Assembly (NCBI GenBank): GCA_030390025.1
Contig: CM059432.1
Location: 141,610,001-141,674,000, forward strand
Length of the DNA stretch: 64,000 bases
Source: Squalus acanthias
Taxonomy: Eukaryota
Reading direction: 5' to 3'
The notes beneath the pieces were generated by a model. That model had not been told where the DNA came from. It did not search any database and was given only the letters and a program-made list of their open reading frames with translations. Shown here piece after piece: positions 25,478 to 37,451 of the stretch; the first letter of the stretch is position 1, and every line of letters starts with the position of its first letter. A program made the translations under genes and the position numbers.

Positions 25478-28400
25478 GTGCATTGCTGTCTGAACTCAGC
25501 GGGCAATGCTGTCTGAACGCAGCGTGCAATGCTGTCTGAACGCAGCGTGCAATGCTGTCTGAACGCAGCGTGCAGTGCTGTCTGAACGCAGCGTGCAGTG
25601 CGGTCTGAACGCAGCGTGCAATGCAGTCTGAACGCAGTCTGCAATGCAGTCTGAACGCAGTGGGCAATGCAACCTGAATGCAGCGGGCAATGCGCTCTGA
25701 ACTCAGCGTGCAATGCTGTCTGAACGCAGCATGCAATGCAGTCTGAACGCAGTGGGCAATGCAGTCTGAACGCAGCGGGCAATGCAGTCTGAACGCAGCG
25801 TGCAATGCGGTCTGAACGCAGCGTGCAATGCAGTCTGAAAGCAGCGAGCAATGCAGTCTGAACTCAGCGTACAATGCTGTCTGAACGCAGCGTGCAATGC
25901 TGTCTGAACTCAGCGGGCAATGCAGTCTGAATGCAGTGGGCAATGCAGTCTGAACGCAGGGGGCAATGCGGTCTGAATGCAGCGGGCAATGCTGTCTGAA
26001 TGCAGCGTGCAGTGCAGTCTGAACGCAGCCTGCAATGCTGTCTGAACGCAGCGTGCAATGCTGTCTGAACGCAGCGTGCAATGCTGTCTGAACGCAGCGT
26101 GCAATGCAGTCTGAATGCAGCGGCAGTGCTGTCTGAAATCAGCGTGCAATGCTCTCTGAACGCAGGGGGCAATGCAGTCTGAACGCAGCGTGCAATGCTG
26201 TTTGAAAGCAGCGAGCAATGCTGTCTGAACGCAGCGTGCATTGCTGTCTGAACGCAGCGTGCAATGCTGTCTGAACGCAGCGTGCAATGCTGTCTGAACG
26301 CAGCGTGCAATGCTGTCTGAACGCAGCGTGCAATGCAGTCTGAATGCAGCGTGCAATGCCGTCTGAACGCAGCGTGCAGTGCTGTCTGAACGCAGCGTGC
26401 AATGCTGTCTGAACGCAGCGTGCAATGCTGTCTGAACGCAGCGTGCAATGCTGTCTGAACGCAGCGTGCAATGCAGTCTGAATGCAGCGGCAGTGCTGTC
26501 TGAAATCAGCGTGCAATGCTCTCTGAACGCAGGGGGCAATGCAGTCTGAACGCAGCGTGCAATGCTGTTTGAACGCAGCGAGCAATGCTGTCTGAACGCA
26601 GCGTGCAATGCTGTCTGAACGCAGCGTACAATGCTGTCTGAACGCAGCGTGCAATGCTGTCTGAACGCAGCGTGCAATGCTGTCTGAACGCAGCGTGCAA
26701 TGCAGTCTGAATGCAGCGTGCAATGCCGTCTGAACGCAGCGTGCAGTGCTGTCTGAACTCAGCGTGCAATGCTCTCTGAACGCAGGGGGCAATGCAGTCT
26801 GAACGCAGCGTGCAATGCTGTCTGAACGCAACGTGCAATGCTGTCTGAACTCAGCGTGCAATGCGGTCTGAACGCAGCGTACAGTGCTGTCTGAACGCAG
26901 CGTGCAATGCTGTCTGAACGCAGCGTGCAATGCTGTCTGAACGCAGAGTGCAATGCAGTCTGACCGCAGCGGGCAATACAGTCTGAACGCAGCGGGCAAT
27001 GCAGTCTGAACGCAGCGGGCAATGCAGTCTGAACGCAGCGTGCAATGCTGTCTGAACGCAGCGTGCAATGCGGTCTGAACGCAGCGTGCAATGCTGTCTG
27101 AACGCAGCGTGCAATGCTGTCTGAACGCAGCGTGCAATGCGGTCTGAACGCAGCGTGCAATGCTGTCTGAACGCAGCGTACAATGCGGTCTGAACGCAGC
27201 GTACAATGCTGTCTGAACGCAGCGTGCAATGCTGTCTGAACGCAGCGTGCAATGCGGTCTGAACACAGCGTGCAATGCGGTCTGAACACAGCGTGCAATG
27301 CTGTCTGAACACAGCCTGCCATGCTGTCTGAACGCAGCGTGCAATGCTGTCGGAACGCAGCGTGCAATGCGGTCTGAACACAGCCTGCCATGCTGTCTGA
27401 ACGCAGCGTGCAATGCTGTCTGAACGCAGCGTGCAATGCAGTCTGAACGCAGCGTGCCATGCTGTCTGAACGCAGCGTGCAATGCTGTCTGAACGCAGCG
27501 TGCAATGCAGTCTGAACGCAGCGTGCAATGCTGTCTGAACGCAGCGTGCAATGCTGTCTGAACTCAGCGTGCAATGCTGTCTGAACGCAGCGTGCAATGC
27601 TGTCTGAACGCAGCGTGCAATGCTGTCTGAACGCAGCGTGCAATGCTGTCTGAACGCAGCCTGCAGTGCTGTCTGAACTCAGCGTGCAATGCTGTCTGAA
27701 CTCAGCGTGCAATGCTGTCTGAACTCAGCCTGCAGTGCTGTCTGAACTCAGCGTGCAATGCTGTCTGAACGCAGCGTGCATTGCTGTCTGAACGCAGCGT
27801 ACAATGCGGTCTGAACGCAGAGTGCATTGCTGTCTGAACGCAGAGGGCAATGCTGTCTGAACGCAGCGTGCAGTGCTTTCTGAACGCAGCGTACAATGCG
27901 ATCTGAACGCAGCGTGCAATGCTGTCTGAACGCAGAGTGCATTGCTGTCTGAACGCAGCGTGCAATGCAGTCTGAACGCAGCGGGCAATGCAGTCTGACC
28001 GCAGCGGGCAATACAGTCTGAACGCAGCGGGCAATGCAGTCTGAACGCAGCGGGCAATGCAGTCTGAACGCAGCGGGCAATGCCGTCTGAACGCAGCGTG
28101 CAATGCTGTCTGAACGCAGCGTGCAATGCGGTCTGAACGCAGCGTGCAATGCTGTCTGAACGCAGCGTGCAATGCTGTCTGAACGCAGCGTGCAATGCCG
28201 TCTGAACGCAGCGTGCAATGCGGTCTGAACGCAGCGTACAATGCGGTCTGAACGCAGCGTACAATGCTGTCTGAACGCAGCGTGCAATGCTGTCTGAACG
28301 CAGCGTGCAATGCGGTCTGAACGCAGCGTGCAATGCGGTCTGAACACAGCGTGCAATGCTGTCTGAACACAGCCTGCCATGCTGTCTGAACGCAGCGTGC

Positions 28401-29795
28401 AATGCTGTCGGAACACAGCGTGCAATGCGGTCTGAACACAGCCTGCCATGCTGTCTGAACGCAGCGTGCAATGCTGTCTGAACGCAGCGTGCAATGCAGT
28501 CTGAACGCAGCGTGCAATGCTGTCTGAACGCAGCGTGCAATGCTGTCTGAACTCAGCGTGCAATGCTGTCTGAACGCAGCGTGCAATGCTGTCTGAACGC
28601 AGCGTGCAATGCTGTCTGAACGCAGCGTGCAATGCTGTCTGAACGCAGCCTGCAGTGCTGTCTGAACTCAGCGTGCAATGCTGTCTGAACTCAGCGTGCA
28701 ATGCTGTCTGAACTCAGCCTGCAGTGCTGTCTGAACTCAGCGTGCAATGCTGTCTGAACGCAGCGTGCATTGCTGTCTGAACGCAGCGTACAATGCTGTC
28801 TGAACGCAGCGTGCAGTGCTTTCTGAACGCAGCGTACAATGCGATCTGAACGCAGCGTGCAATGCTGTCTGAACGCAGAGTGCATTGCTGTCTGAACGCA
28901 GCGTGCAATGCAGTCTGAACGCAGCGGGCAATGCAGTCTGACCGCAGCCTGCAATACTGTCTGAACGCAGCGTGCAATGCAGTCTGAACACAGAGAGCAA
29001 TGCGGTCTGAACGCAGAGCGCAATGCAGTCTGAACGCAGTGTGCAATGCAGTCTGAACTCAGCGTGCAATGCAGTCTGAACGCAGCGTGCAATGCTGTCT
29101 GAACTCAGCGTGCAATGCAGTCTGAACGCAGCGTACATTGCAGTCTGAACTCAGCGTGCAATGCTGTCTGAACGCAGCGTGCAATGCTGTCTGAACGCAG
29201 CTTGCAATGCAGTCTGAACGCAGCGTGCAATGCAGTCTGAATGCAGCGTGCAATGCTGTCTGAATGCAGCAGCAATGCTGTCTGAACGCAGCGTGCAATG
29301 CTGTCTGAATGCAGCGTACAATGCTGTCTGAACGCAGCGTGCAATGCAGTCTGAACGCAGCGTGCAATGCTGTCTGAATGCAGCGGCAATGCTGTCTGGA
29401 CGCAGCGTGCAATGCAGTCTGAACGCAGCGTGCAATGCTGTCTGAACGCAGCGTGCAATGCTGTCTGAACTCAGCGTGCAATGCAGCCTGAACGCAGCGT
29501 GCAATGCAGTCTGAACGCAGCGTGCAATGCTGTCTGAACGCAGCGTGCAATGCTGTCTGAACGCAGCGTGCAATGCTGTCTGAACGCAGCGTACAATGCT
29601 GTCTGAACGCAGTGTGCAATGCTGTCTGAACGCAACGTGCAATGCTGTCTGAACGCAGCGTGCAATGCAGTCTGAACGCAACGTGCAATGCTGTCTGAAC
29701 GCAGCGTGCAATGCTGTCTGAAAGCAGCGTGCAATGCTGTCTGAATGCAGCGTGCAATGCTGTCTGAATGCAGCGTGCAATGCTGTCTGAATGCT
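25478..29795. repeat. 23-bp minisatellite (GCAGCGTGCAATGCTGTCTGAAC)n, ~4.3 kb, roughly 185-190 units
   Basis: Tandem array read directly. It lies in the intron between the last two GASK1A coding exons. Confidence 0.97.
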
Positions 29796-30248
29796 GCTTC
29801 ATTACTCAGATTCGACAGGCAATCGGAGTTTAATGAGTCACATAACTAGATAGTGCAGCTGACTCGGTTATTCAATAGAGTGAGGTTGCCCGTCGGCTTT
29901 GCAGAATGTTGTTCTTGGAGATTTCTGAGAGGCTGAAGTTTGAAGAGAGTCAGATTCATCTGCCCACATTCCTGGATGAAAATCTCTATAAATACACATT
30001 AATATATAAAACCAGCTGTTCAAACCAGTTCACTCTGGAGATATTGTGCGGCAGTGGAATTATTCAAACTGGCCTTCTTTGAATATTATGAGCTTTCTGC
30101 TCAAACTGGCCTGACTTTACTGGAATTTATATCTGAGCCACCTCAAATTGACAAACCTAGGAAACAAATGAGACTAAAATTAATATAGCCATTGCAGCCT
30201 AAAGAGACTCTAGATGCACAGGTTCAACTGTGCAGTGAGGTGTTAGTG

Positions 30249-30667
30249 TCGGGCAGATGAATCCGACTCTCTTCAAACCTCAGTGTCCGACACGGCAAGA
30301 GAGCCCCAGGTGGGGAGAGGAAACGCTTCAAGGACACCCTCAAAGCCTCCTTGAAAAAGTGCAACATCCCCACCGACACCTGGGAATCCCTGGCCCAAGA
30401 CCGCACAAAGTGGAGGAGAAGCATCCGGGAAGGCGCCGAACACCTCGAGTCTCTTCGCCAGGAGCAAGCGGAAGCCAAGCGCAAACAGCGGAAGGAGCGC
30501 ACGTCAGCCCAAGCACCCCACACACCCGCCCCTTCAACCACCGTCTGCCCCACCTGTGACAGAGACTGTAGGTCCCGCATCGGACTCATCAGTCACCTGA
30601 GAACTCATTTTTAGTGTGGAAGCAAGTCATCCTCGGTTCCGAGGGACTGCCTAAGAAGAAGAAGAAG
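30249..30667 (+). mobile_element. 5'-truncated RTE-clade (BovB-like) LINE with a 12-bp TSD
   Basis: KRFKDTLKASLKKCNI...DRTKWR...CPTCDRDCRSRIGLISHLRTH and a (GAA)n tail. TSD GAGGTGTTAGTG at 30237-30248 and 30668-30679. Confidence 0.88.
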
Positions 30668-30807
30668 GAGGTGTTAGTGATGCTAGTGATTGCGTGATGT
30701 CTGCTCATCTCATTCACAGCACTTGTGAAACCACAGATCCCAACAAAGATGTATTCTGTGTACACGAGACAGCAGCACTGTGCACTATCAGTGTACGTAC
30801 ACGAGGC

Positions 30808-31100
30808 AACAACAACTTTCATTCATATCACGCCTTTAATGTAGGAAAGGCACTTCACAGGAGCGTAATCAGGGAAAAATTGACACCGAGCAAAAGAAGG
30901 AGATATTAGATGTGACTAAAAAAGGTCTGTTTTAAAGAGCGTCTTAAAGGAGGAGAGAGCGGTGGGAGAGGTATAGGGAGGGAATGCCAAAGTTTAGGGC
31001 CCTAGGCAGCTGAAGGCACAGCTGCTCATGGTGGAGCGATGAAAATCGGGGATGCGCTAGAGGCCAGAATTGGAGGAGCGCAGAGATCTCGGAGGGCTGG
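30808..31100 (-). mobile_element. L2 3' fragment
   Basis: Reverse-complement L2 3' end, splitting a degenerate ~36-bp tandem repeat. Confidence 0.7.
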
Positions 31101-31273
31101 AGGACTGCGTACTGTCATTGTACATACAGGAGGAAACACCAATGTGTACTATAAGCGTATGTACATGAGGCCAACTACACTGCGTACAATCAATGTACAT
31201 ACATGAGGCAACAGCCCTGTATAACTGTACATATCTGAGGCAGTAGGACTGCATCATTTCAGGCGGTAGTAGC

Positions 31274-31422
31274 CAAAGTTCCCTTTAAGCTGCATGGCTG
31301 TGCAGCCACGCAACGGTCTAGAGGTCCCGCACAGCCAACTCGCCAGCTTTTGAATGGAAAAACTGCGCATGCGCGGAAATTTGAATGGGCCGTGCACACA
31401 AAAATAATTAAAGGGAATGTTG
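31274..31422. mobile_element. hAT-type MITE
   Basis: TIR CAAAGTTCCCTTTAA / TTAAAGGGAATGTTG and an 8-bp TSD GTAGTAGC/GTAGCAGC (7/8). Related copies at ~42720-42850 and 49546-50595. Confidence 0.75.
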
Positions 31423-31817
31423 GTAGCAGCGCATTGGTCCTTCTATCTGACCCCTACCCGACCCCTATCCAATTTGCCAGAAGATTCCTTTGATGCATTG
31501 CTAAATCTAAAGGCCCTGCCATTTGCAGACAGGAACTTCTCTCGTCCCTTATTCAAGTCTGTTGTAGGTTTTTTTTAATATTGGTATTCTGTGCCACAAA
31601 TTTATCACATTTTTAGTGAAAACATTTTGCTCAAATTTTCCATTTTCCATTTGAAATTCTGAACCCTTGATTTGGAATTTTGTACACAGCAGGTGGAAAT
31701 TGCCTTGACGTTGGATAGCACTGCAGAATGAGACGTGGCCAGCTGAATGATATCTTTATTTTTTGAAAGGTATAGTAGGCTGGCTTTGGAAACGATGTAG
31801 CTGATAAAGTAGGTAAT

Positions 31818-32451
31818 GGCTCGGATTTTGCGTTGAGAATAACGGTGAGGCTATCAGCGCTCACCGTTATTATGGAGTAAATCAGACAGCAACTTCCGGA
31901 GTCCGCACATGCGCAGTTAAACGCGGAAATCCAGAGGTTGCTGTCCAAATTGCCCTGCTCCTCCACAAGCTGCGTTATAACAGGACCTCGCCGATAGACT
32001 CGGCATTGAAATCCATGTAAGGGTGTGAAGTTGCTGTACTTAGCTACTAGTTACCCACTAAACACCGCAGAAAAGGTTAGGGCTGGTGCATTCAGGTGTA
32101 AGTGAATTTTTAACAGCGTGATAAGTCTTAATTACTGCCAAACAGCCTCTCTGGCACTGAAAATGTACTTTTACAAGTGTGGAGTCTCATTCCTTCAGAA
32201 TTTAATTATTGTTGGAGATTTAAAAAAAATTAAAAATTAAAATTTACTTTTTCTTTCTGTCACTTTTTCTCTCTATCTTAATCCTATCTTTCTTTCCCTC
32301 TCTTAATTTTGCTTTCTGTACATGATTTTACATTGAATTAAATATTCTAATTTATACTTCCTGGTTTAGACTCTGCGTGTCACAGTGGGGATTCTTCAGT
32401 CTGATTGGTTGAAGAGCCACACTGTTGCTTTCCCTGCTCACACATGCCACG
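31818..32451. mobile_element. Harbinger-like MITE (family shared with 44080, ~45440 and 61286), truncated by an L2
   Basis: Clear homology among the four copies; subterminal hairpin AATAACGGTGAG/CTCACCGTTATT. Confidence 0.65.
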
Positions 32452-32895
32452 TTCCAAGGCGCTTCACAGGAGTGTTATCAAACAAAATTTGACACCGAGC
32501 CACAGAAGGAGATAGTAGGACAAGTGGCCAAAAGCTTGGTCAAAGAGATAGGTTTTAAGGAGCGTCTTAAAGGAGGAGAGAGAGGTCGAGAGGCGGAGAG
32601 GTTTAGGGAGGGAATTCCAGAGCTTAGGGCCTAGGCAGCTGAAGGCACGGCCGCCAATGGTAGAGCGATGAAAATCGGGAGAGGGCAGAATTGGAGGAGT
32701 GCAGAGATCGCGGAGGGTTGTAGGGCTGGAAGAGGTTAGAGAGATAGGCAGGAACGAGGCCATGGAGGGATTTAAAAACAAGGATGAGAATTTTAAAATT
32801 GAGGCGTTGCCGGATCGGGAGCCAATGTGGGTCAGCAAGACTTGGTGTGAGTTAAGATACGGGTTGTAGAGTTTTGGATGAACTCAAGTTTACAG
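32452..32895 (-). mobile_element. L2 3' fragment just upstream of the last GASK1A exon
   Basis: GGRAFSCLGPKLWNSLPKPLRLSTSLSSFKTLLKTYLFDQAF. Confidence 0.85.
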
Positions 32896-32954
32896 AGGGC
32901 GTTGACTTTCAGCAGCTCTCACCCTCCTTTAATAGCCGATTCTTTCTTCCGTAG

Positions 32955-33156
32955 GTTTCCTGCGCACGCCGTCTCACTCTTACAGTCTGGATGCTTACAG
33001 AGCAGGTTGCTGAGGTCACTGTACATGGACAGCGAGTTCTGGGACAGCCACAATGGGATGAAAGGGCTGAAGAAGCTGGTTCAGGCCATAGAGCAAAGGG
33101 CTCAGCTACTGCTCAACTACATCCAGGAGAAAGACATCAAATTAGTTCAGGAATAA
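32955..33156 (+). CDS. GASK1A: GASK1A last coding exon, to the TAA stop
   Basis: TCTTTCTTCCGTAG acceptor; the first G completes codon GA|G. Encodes FPAHAVSLLQSGCLQSRLLRSLYMDSEFWDSHNGMKGLKKLVQAIEQRAQLLLNYIQEKDIKLVQE*, matching the FAM198A C-terminus (the SGCLQ motif favours GASK1A over GASK1B). Confidence 0.92.
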
Positions 33157-34003
33157 TGAGAACACAACACAGGCCGCAGTTTAAAGTGTGACATTTTAGC
33201 CACCGATTGTTTGAAAACAGAGTTGGGAAGTCTAATCCAGGAAATAACTGCACAATTTCTCATGTTCTGTACATGGTGGGACTCCTGGAGCTGTTATTTA
33301 TCTCTGGAGACAGACTGATATCAAATCCAGCTTTCCAGGCTTGCCGTAATTATGCTGGATATTCACCGAGAATTCTCCAGGGAGAAGGGGCTTGCGTCTA
33401 CCTGGTGTTTGTGCCACTCTCACCCTGGCCCACTTCCCTCAGACAGGGGCATTAAAATGTTTCATGCGAGGGGAGCTGAGGCACCACCTGAAGTGAGGGG
33501 GGGTGGCGGTAGCTGGTTGGGGGGGGTGGTGGGGGGGCAGCACAACGACACAGGCTGACCGGCTGTGCCAGTCAAAAATTGTTAAAAATTGCTGCCAGAT
33601 TTTGAATTTCAGTCAACTACCTTCAACCAATCGTTCTGTGATTGATTGCAGTAGGGAAACGCGGCATTTAAAACTTAAACCCTGACCCCCACCTGCCGGC
33701 CCTCAGGGGTGCATTGGCATCCCTTGTGCCCAGTGTTGCTAGAATATAAATGATGGGCTATGCACTGTATGATGTATTTTCCTCATTCTGCCATATTGCT
33801 GCCGTGTTTCAGATCCACTGTTGGTAAACTAGGCCACACACAGATATCTATCGCCTATAGCATGTTATGTGAACGAACCAGAAATGGTATGTGTGGGAAT
33901 ATGCTTATCATTAATATCAGTTCTATTCAGGTTTTAAGGAGCGTCTTTTAAAAGAAGAGAGAGGGGTAGAGAGGCGGAGAGGTTTAGGGAAGGAATTCCA
34001 GAG

Positions 34004-34195
34004 CCAAGCGCAAACAGCGGAAGGAGCACACGTCAACCCAAGCACCCCGCCCACCCGCCCCTTCAACCACCGTCTGCCCCACCTGTGACAGAGACTGTAG
34101 GTCCCGCATTGGACTCGTCAGTCACCTGAGAACTCATTCCTAGTGTGGAAGCAAGTCATCCTCGGTTCCGAGGGACTGCCGAAGAAGAAGAGAAG
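34004..34195 (+). mobile_element. Short RTE 3' end inserted in an L2 remnant
   Basis: Near-identical to 30473-30667, with a GAA tail and a possible AGAGCCA TSD. Confidence 0.8.
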
Positions 34196-35000
34196 AGCCA
34201 GATTCCCCCACGTAAGCCTGGATCTGATGTGCGACCAAACCAGAAATGTATTTTGACCCACTTCATTCATGATTTCTGGTATACTGCCATCTCAAAAACA
34301 CAAAGAACAACTTCATGTCACATCGAAACAGCTAGATTTATTTGAGAAAGTCTAAATCTGAGGTTTTAAGTTTAAAAAAACACCCTGGGAAGTTCTCCTC
34401 TTTGCCTGTACAGATTCCCTGTTTGAAATAGACTCCATTTAAAATATAGCAGTTAAAAAAAGAGCTAACAGTAAGATACAGAGCAGGATACAATCTTGCT
34501 CAGAAAGTAGCCATCAACAAATGGACTCCGGAGGAGGGGTGGTTAATGGAACTTTCCTAAAACAAAAGACAAAACCCAAAAACGACCTCCCAGGTCTATA
34601 GGAAGAGCCACCTGATTGAGAGAGATTCCTGAGAGAGCCTGGAATTAGAAACAACCAGTTGTCCTGGGATCACGCAGCACCCAGGGAGCAGGCGATACAT
34701 CCCATATGATCCCATTAAAAAAAAAACGAACTATGATGGTTTCCTCAAGCCTTCAAGGTTTTGGTCCATCTGGACTTTGCAGAGGTTGCATTAAGGTGTT
34801 GAGGTAGAAGACAGGGTCACTGGTTTTCTGTCTCTCTTTCTCAAAGGAACATAGGAGCAGGAGGAGGCCATTTAGCCCCTCGAGCCTGTTCTGCCATTCA
34901 ATGAGATTATGGCTGATCTGTGACCTAACTCCATATACCCATATATATCTGTGACCTAACTCCATATACCCGCCTTTGTCCCATATCCCTTAACACCTTT

Positions 35001-37415
35001 GGTATTCTCTCTCACTTGACCTTTCTATTTCAAAGATAATGCCATCTCTGACCACTTCCTTGTATCGCTTTCCACCCACATCCCCTTTCCCCCACCCAAC
35101 CCTATTTCCTTCTGTGTCCGCCCCTGGAAAAAACTCTCTCCCAACTCCCTTACAACTGCACTTACAAAATCCCAACTGTCTAGCCTTTGGCCTTCCATTC
35201 ACCACGATATTTCTGCAGCTACCGATCTGCTCAACCACACCCTCACCACCACCTTTGATGCCCGAGTCCATATTAAAACAATTACTCTCTCTCACCCTGG
35301 CCATTCCCCCTGGTACGACCCACATCTGCGCTCCCTCAAGTCCAAGGGATGCAGACTTGAACGGATAAGGCGGACAACTGGTTTAGCCATTCACCGCCAG
35401 ATCTGGCTGGACCACACAAAACATTATCGGGTCCTACTCTTGTCTGCCAAAACTGCTCACTATTCCAGGATCATTCTGGAATGCAAAGATAACCCCCGGC
35501 TACTATTTTCTACTGCTAACCGTCTTCTTAAACCCCTCTCCCCTGTCTCCTCCACCCTCACCTCCAACAACAAGTGCAAGGAGCTCATGGACTTCTTTGT
35601 CTCTAAGATTGAGACCATCTATTCAGCTGCCTCTGCCACTTCCTTTCCTCCCCTAGTCCACCGGGTCAAACTTGCTCTAAGGTTCACCCCTGCCCTAGCG
35701 CTGAACTCGCATCTTTCTCCAGTTTCTCTCCGATCTCCCCTCTTGAACTCTCCAAACTCATCCTGTCCATGAGGCCCACTTCCTGCTCCTTCAACCCTAT
35801 TCCCACTAAATTGCTGACCACCCAACTGCCTTTTCTGGCTCCCATGTTAGCTGGCATTGTTAACGGTTCTCTCTCCTCAGGTACTGTCCCCCTCTCCTTC
35901 AAATCTGCCGACATCACCCCTCTCCTCAAAAACACAACCCTTGATCCCTCTGTCCTTGCAAACTACCGCCCCATCGCTAACCTCCCTTTCCTCTCCAAAG
36001 TCCTTGAACGTGTTGTCGCCTCCCAAATCCGTGCCCATCTTTCCCGCAGCTCCATATTTGAATCCCTCCAATCCAGTTTCCGCCCTTGCCACAGTACCGA
36101 AACGGCTCTCATCAAAGTCACAAATGACATCCTTTGTGACTATTACAAAGGTAAACTATCCCTCCTCATCCTTCTCGACCTGTCTGCAGCCTTTGACATG
36201 GTTGACCACTCCATCCTCCTCCAACGCCTCTCCACCGTCGTCCAGCTGGGTGGGACTGCACTCGCCTGGTTCCATTCTTATCTATCTAATCGTAGCCAGA
36301 GAATCACCTGCAATGGCTTCTCTTCCCACTCCCGCATCGTTACCTCTGGTGTCCCCCAAGGATCTATCCTTGGCCCCCTCCTATTTCTCATCTACATGTT
36401 GCCCCTTGGCGACATCATCCGAAAACACCGCGTCAGTTTCCACATGTACGCTGATGACACCCAGCTCTACCTCACCACCACTTCTCTCGACCCCTCCACT
36501 GTCTCTAAATTGTCAAACTGCTTGTCCGACATCCAGTACTGGATGAGCAGAAATATTCTCCAATTAAATATTGGGAAGGCCAAAGCCATTGTCTTTGGGC
36601 CCCACCACAAACTCCGTTTCCTAGCCACCAACTCCATCCCTCTCCCTAGCATCTGTCTGAGGCTGAACCACACAGTTCGCAACCTTGGTGTCATATTTGA
36701 CCCTGAAATGAGCTTCCGACCACATATCCGCAGCATAACAAAGACCGCCTATTTCCACCTCTGTAACATTGTCCGTCTCCGCCCTTGCCTCAGCTCATCT
36801 GCTGCTGAAACCCTCATCCAAACCTTTGTTACCTCTAGACTTAACTATTCCAACGCACTCCTGGCTGGCCTCCCAAATTCTATCTTACGTAAACTTGAGG
36901 TCATCCAAAACTCGGCTGACCGTGTCCTGACTCGCACCAAGTCCCGTTCGCCCACCACCCCTGTGCTCGCTGGCCTACGTTGGCTCCCGGTTAAGCAACT
37001 CCTCAATTTCAAAATTCTCATCCTTGTTTTCAAATCCCTCCATGGCCTCGCTCCTTCCTCTCTCTGTAATCTCCTTCAGCCCTCCCCCCACCCGCCCCCG
37101 AAATATCTGCACTCCTCTAATTCTGGCCTCTTGAGCATCCCTGATTATAATCGCTCAACCATCGGTGGCCGTGCCTTCAGCCACCTGGGCCCTAAGCTCT
37201 GGAACTCCGTCCCTAAACCTCTCCGCCTCTCTACCTCTCTTTCCTCCTTTAAGACGCTCCTTAAAACCTACCTGTTTGACCAAGCTTTTGGTCACCTGCC
37301 CTAATTTATCCTTATGTGGCTCGGTGTCAATTTTTTGTCTTATAACACTCCTGTAAAGTGCCTTGGGATGTTTTACTACGTTAAAGACGCTATATAAATA
37401 CAAGTTGTTGTTGTT
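35001..37415 (+). mobile_element. 5'-truncated L2 LINE with an uninterrupted RT ORF (35769-37304, 511 aa)
   Basis: NYRPIANL, LDLSAAFD, GVPQGSILGP and YADDTQLY motifs, and a (TTG)n tail. Confidence 0.93.
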
Positions 37416-37451
37416 GAAACCACATCAGACTCCTCCCATAATGATGAGATC

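Noticed and set aside
25478..29795. CRISPR-like array
   Set aside because: The units are head-to-tail with no unique spacers, there are no cas genes, and the context is vertebrate.
25393..29802. Many long minus-strand ORFs (up to 470 aa) repeating HAAFRQHCTLRSDSIARCVQTAL
   Set aside because: They result from a stop-free 23-bp tandem unit that is open in all three frames, mostly without real ATG starts. There is no evidence of coding.
33157..33900. GASK1A polyadenylation site
   Set aside because: No canonical AATAAA nearby. ATTAAA at ~33451 is possible but cannot be supported without transcript data.
35769..37304. Host protein-coding gene (511 aa)
   Set aside because: It is the RT portion of a 5'-truncated L2 lacking the endonuclease; there is no sign of domestication.
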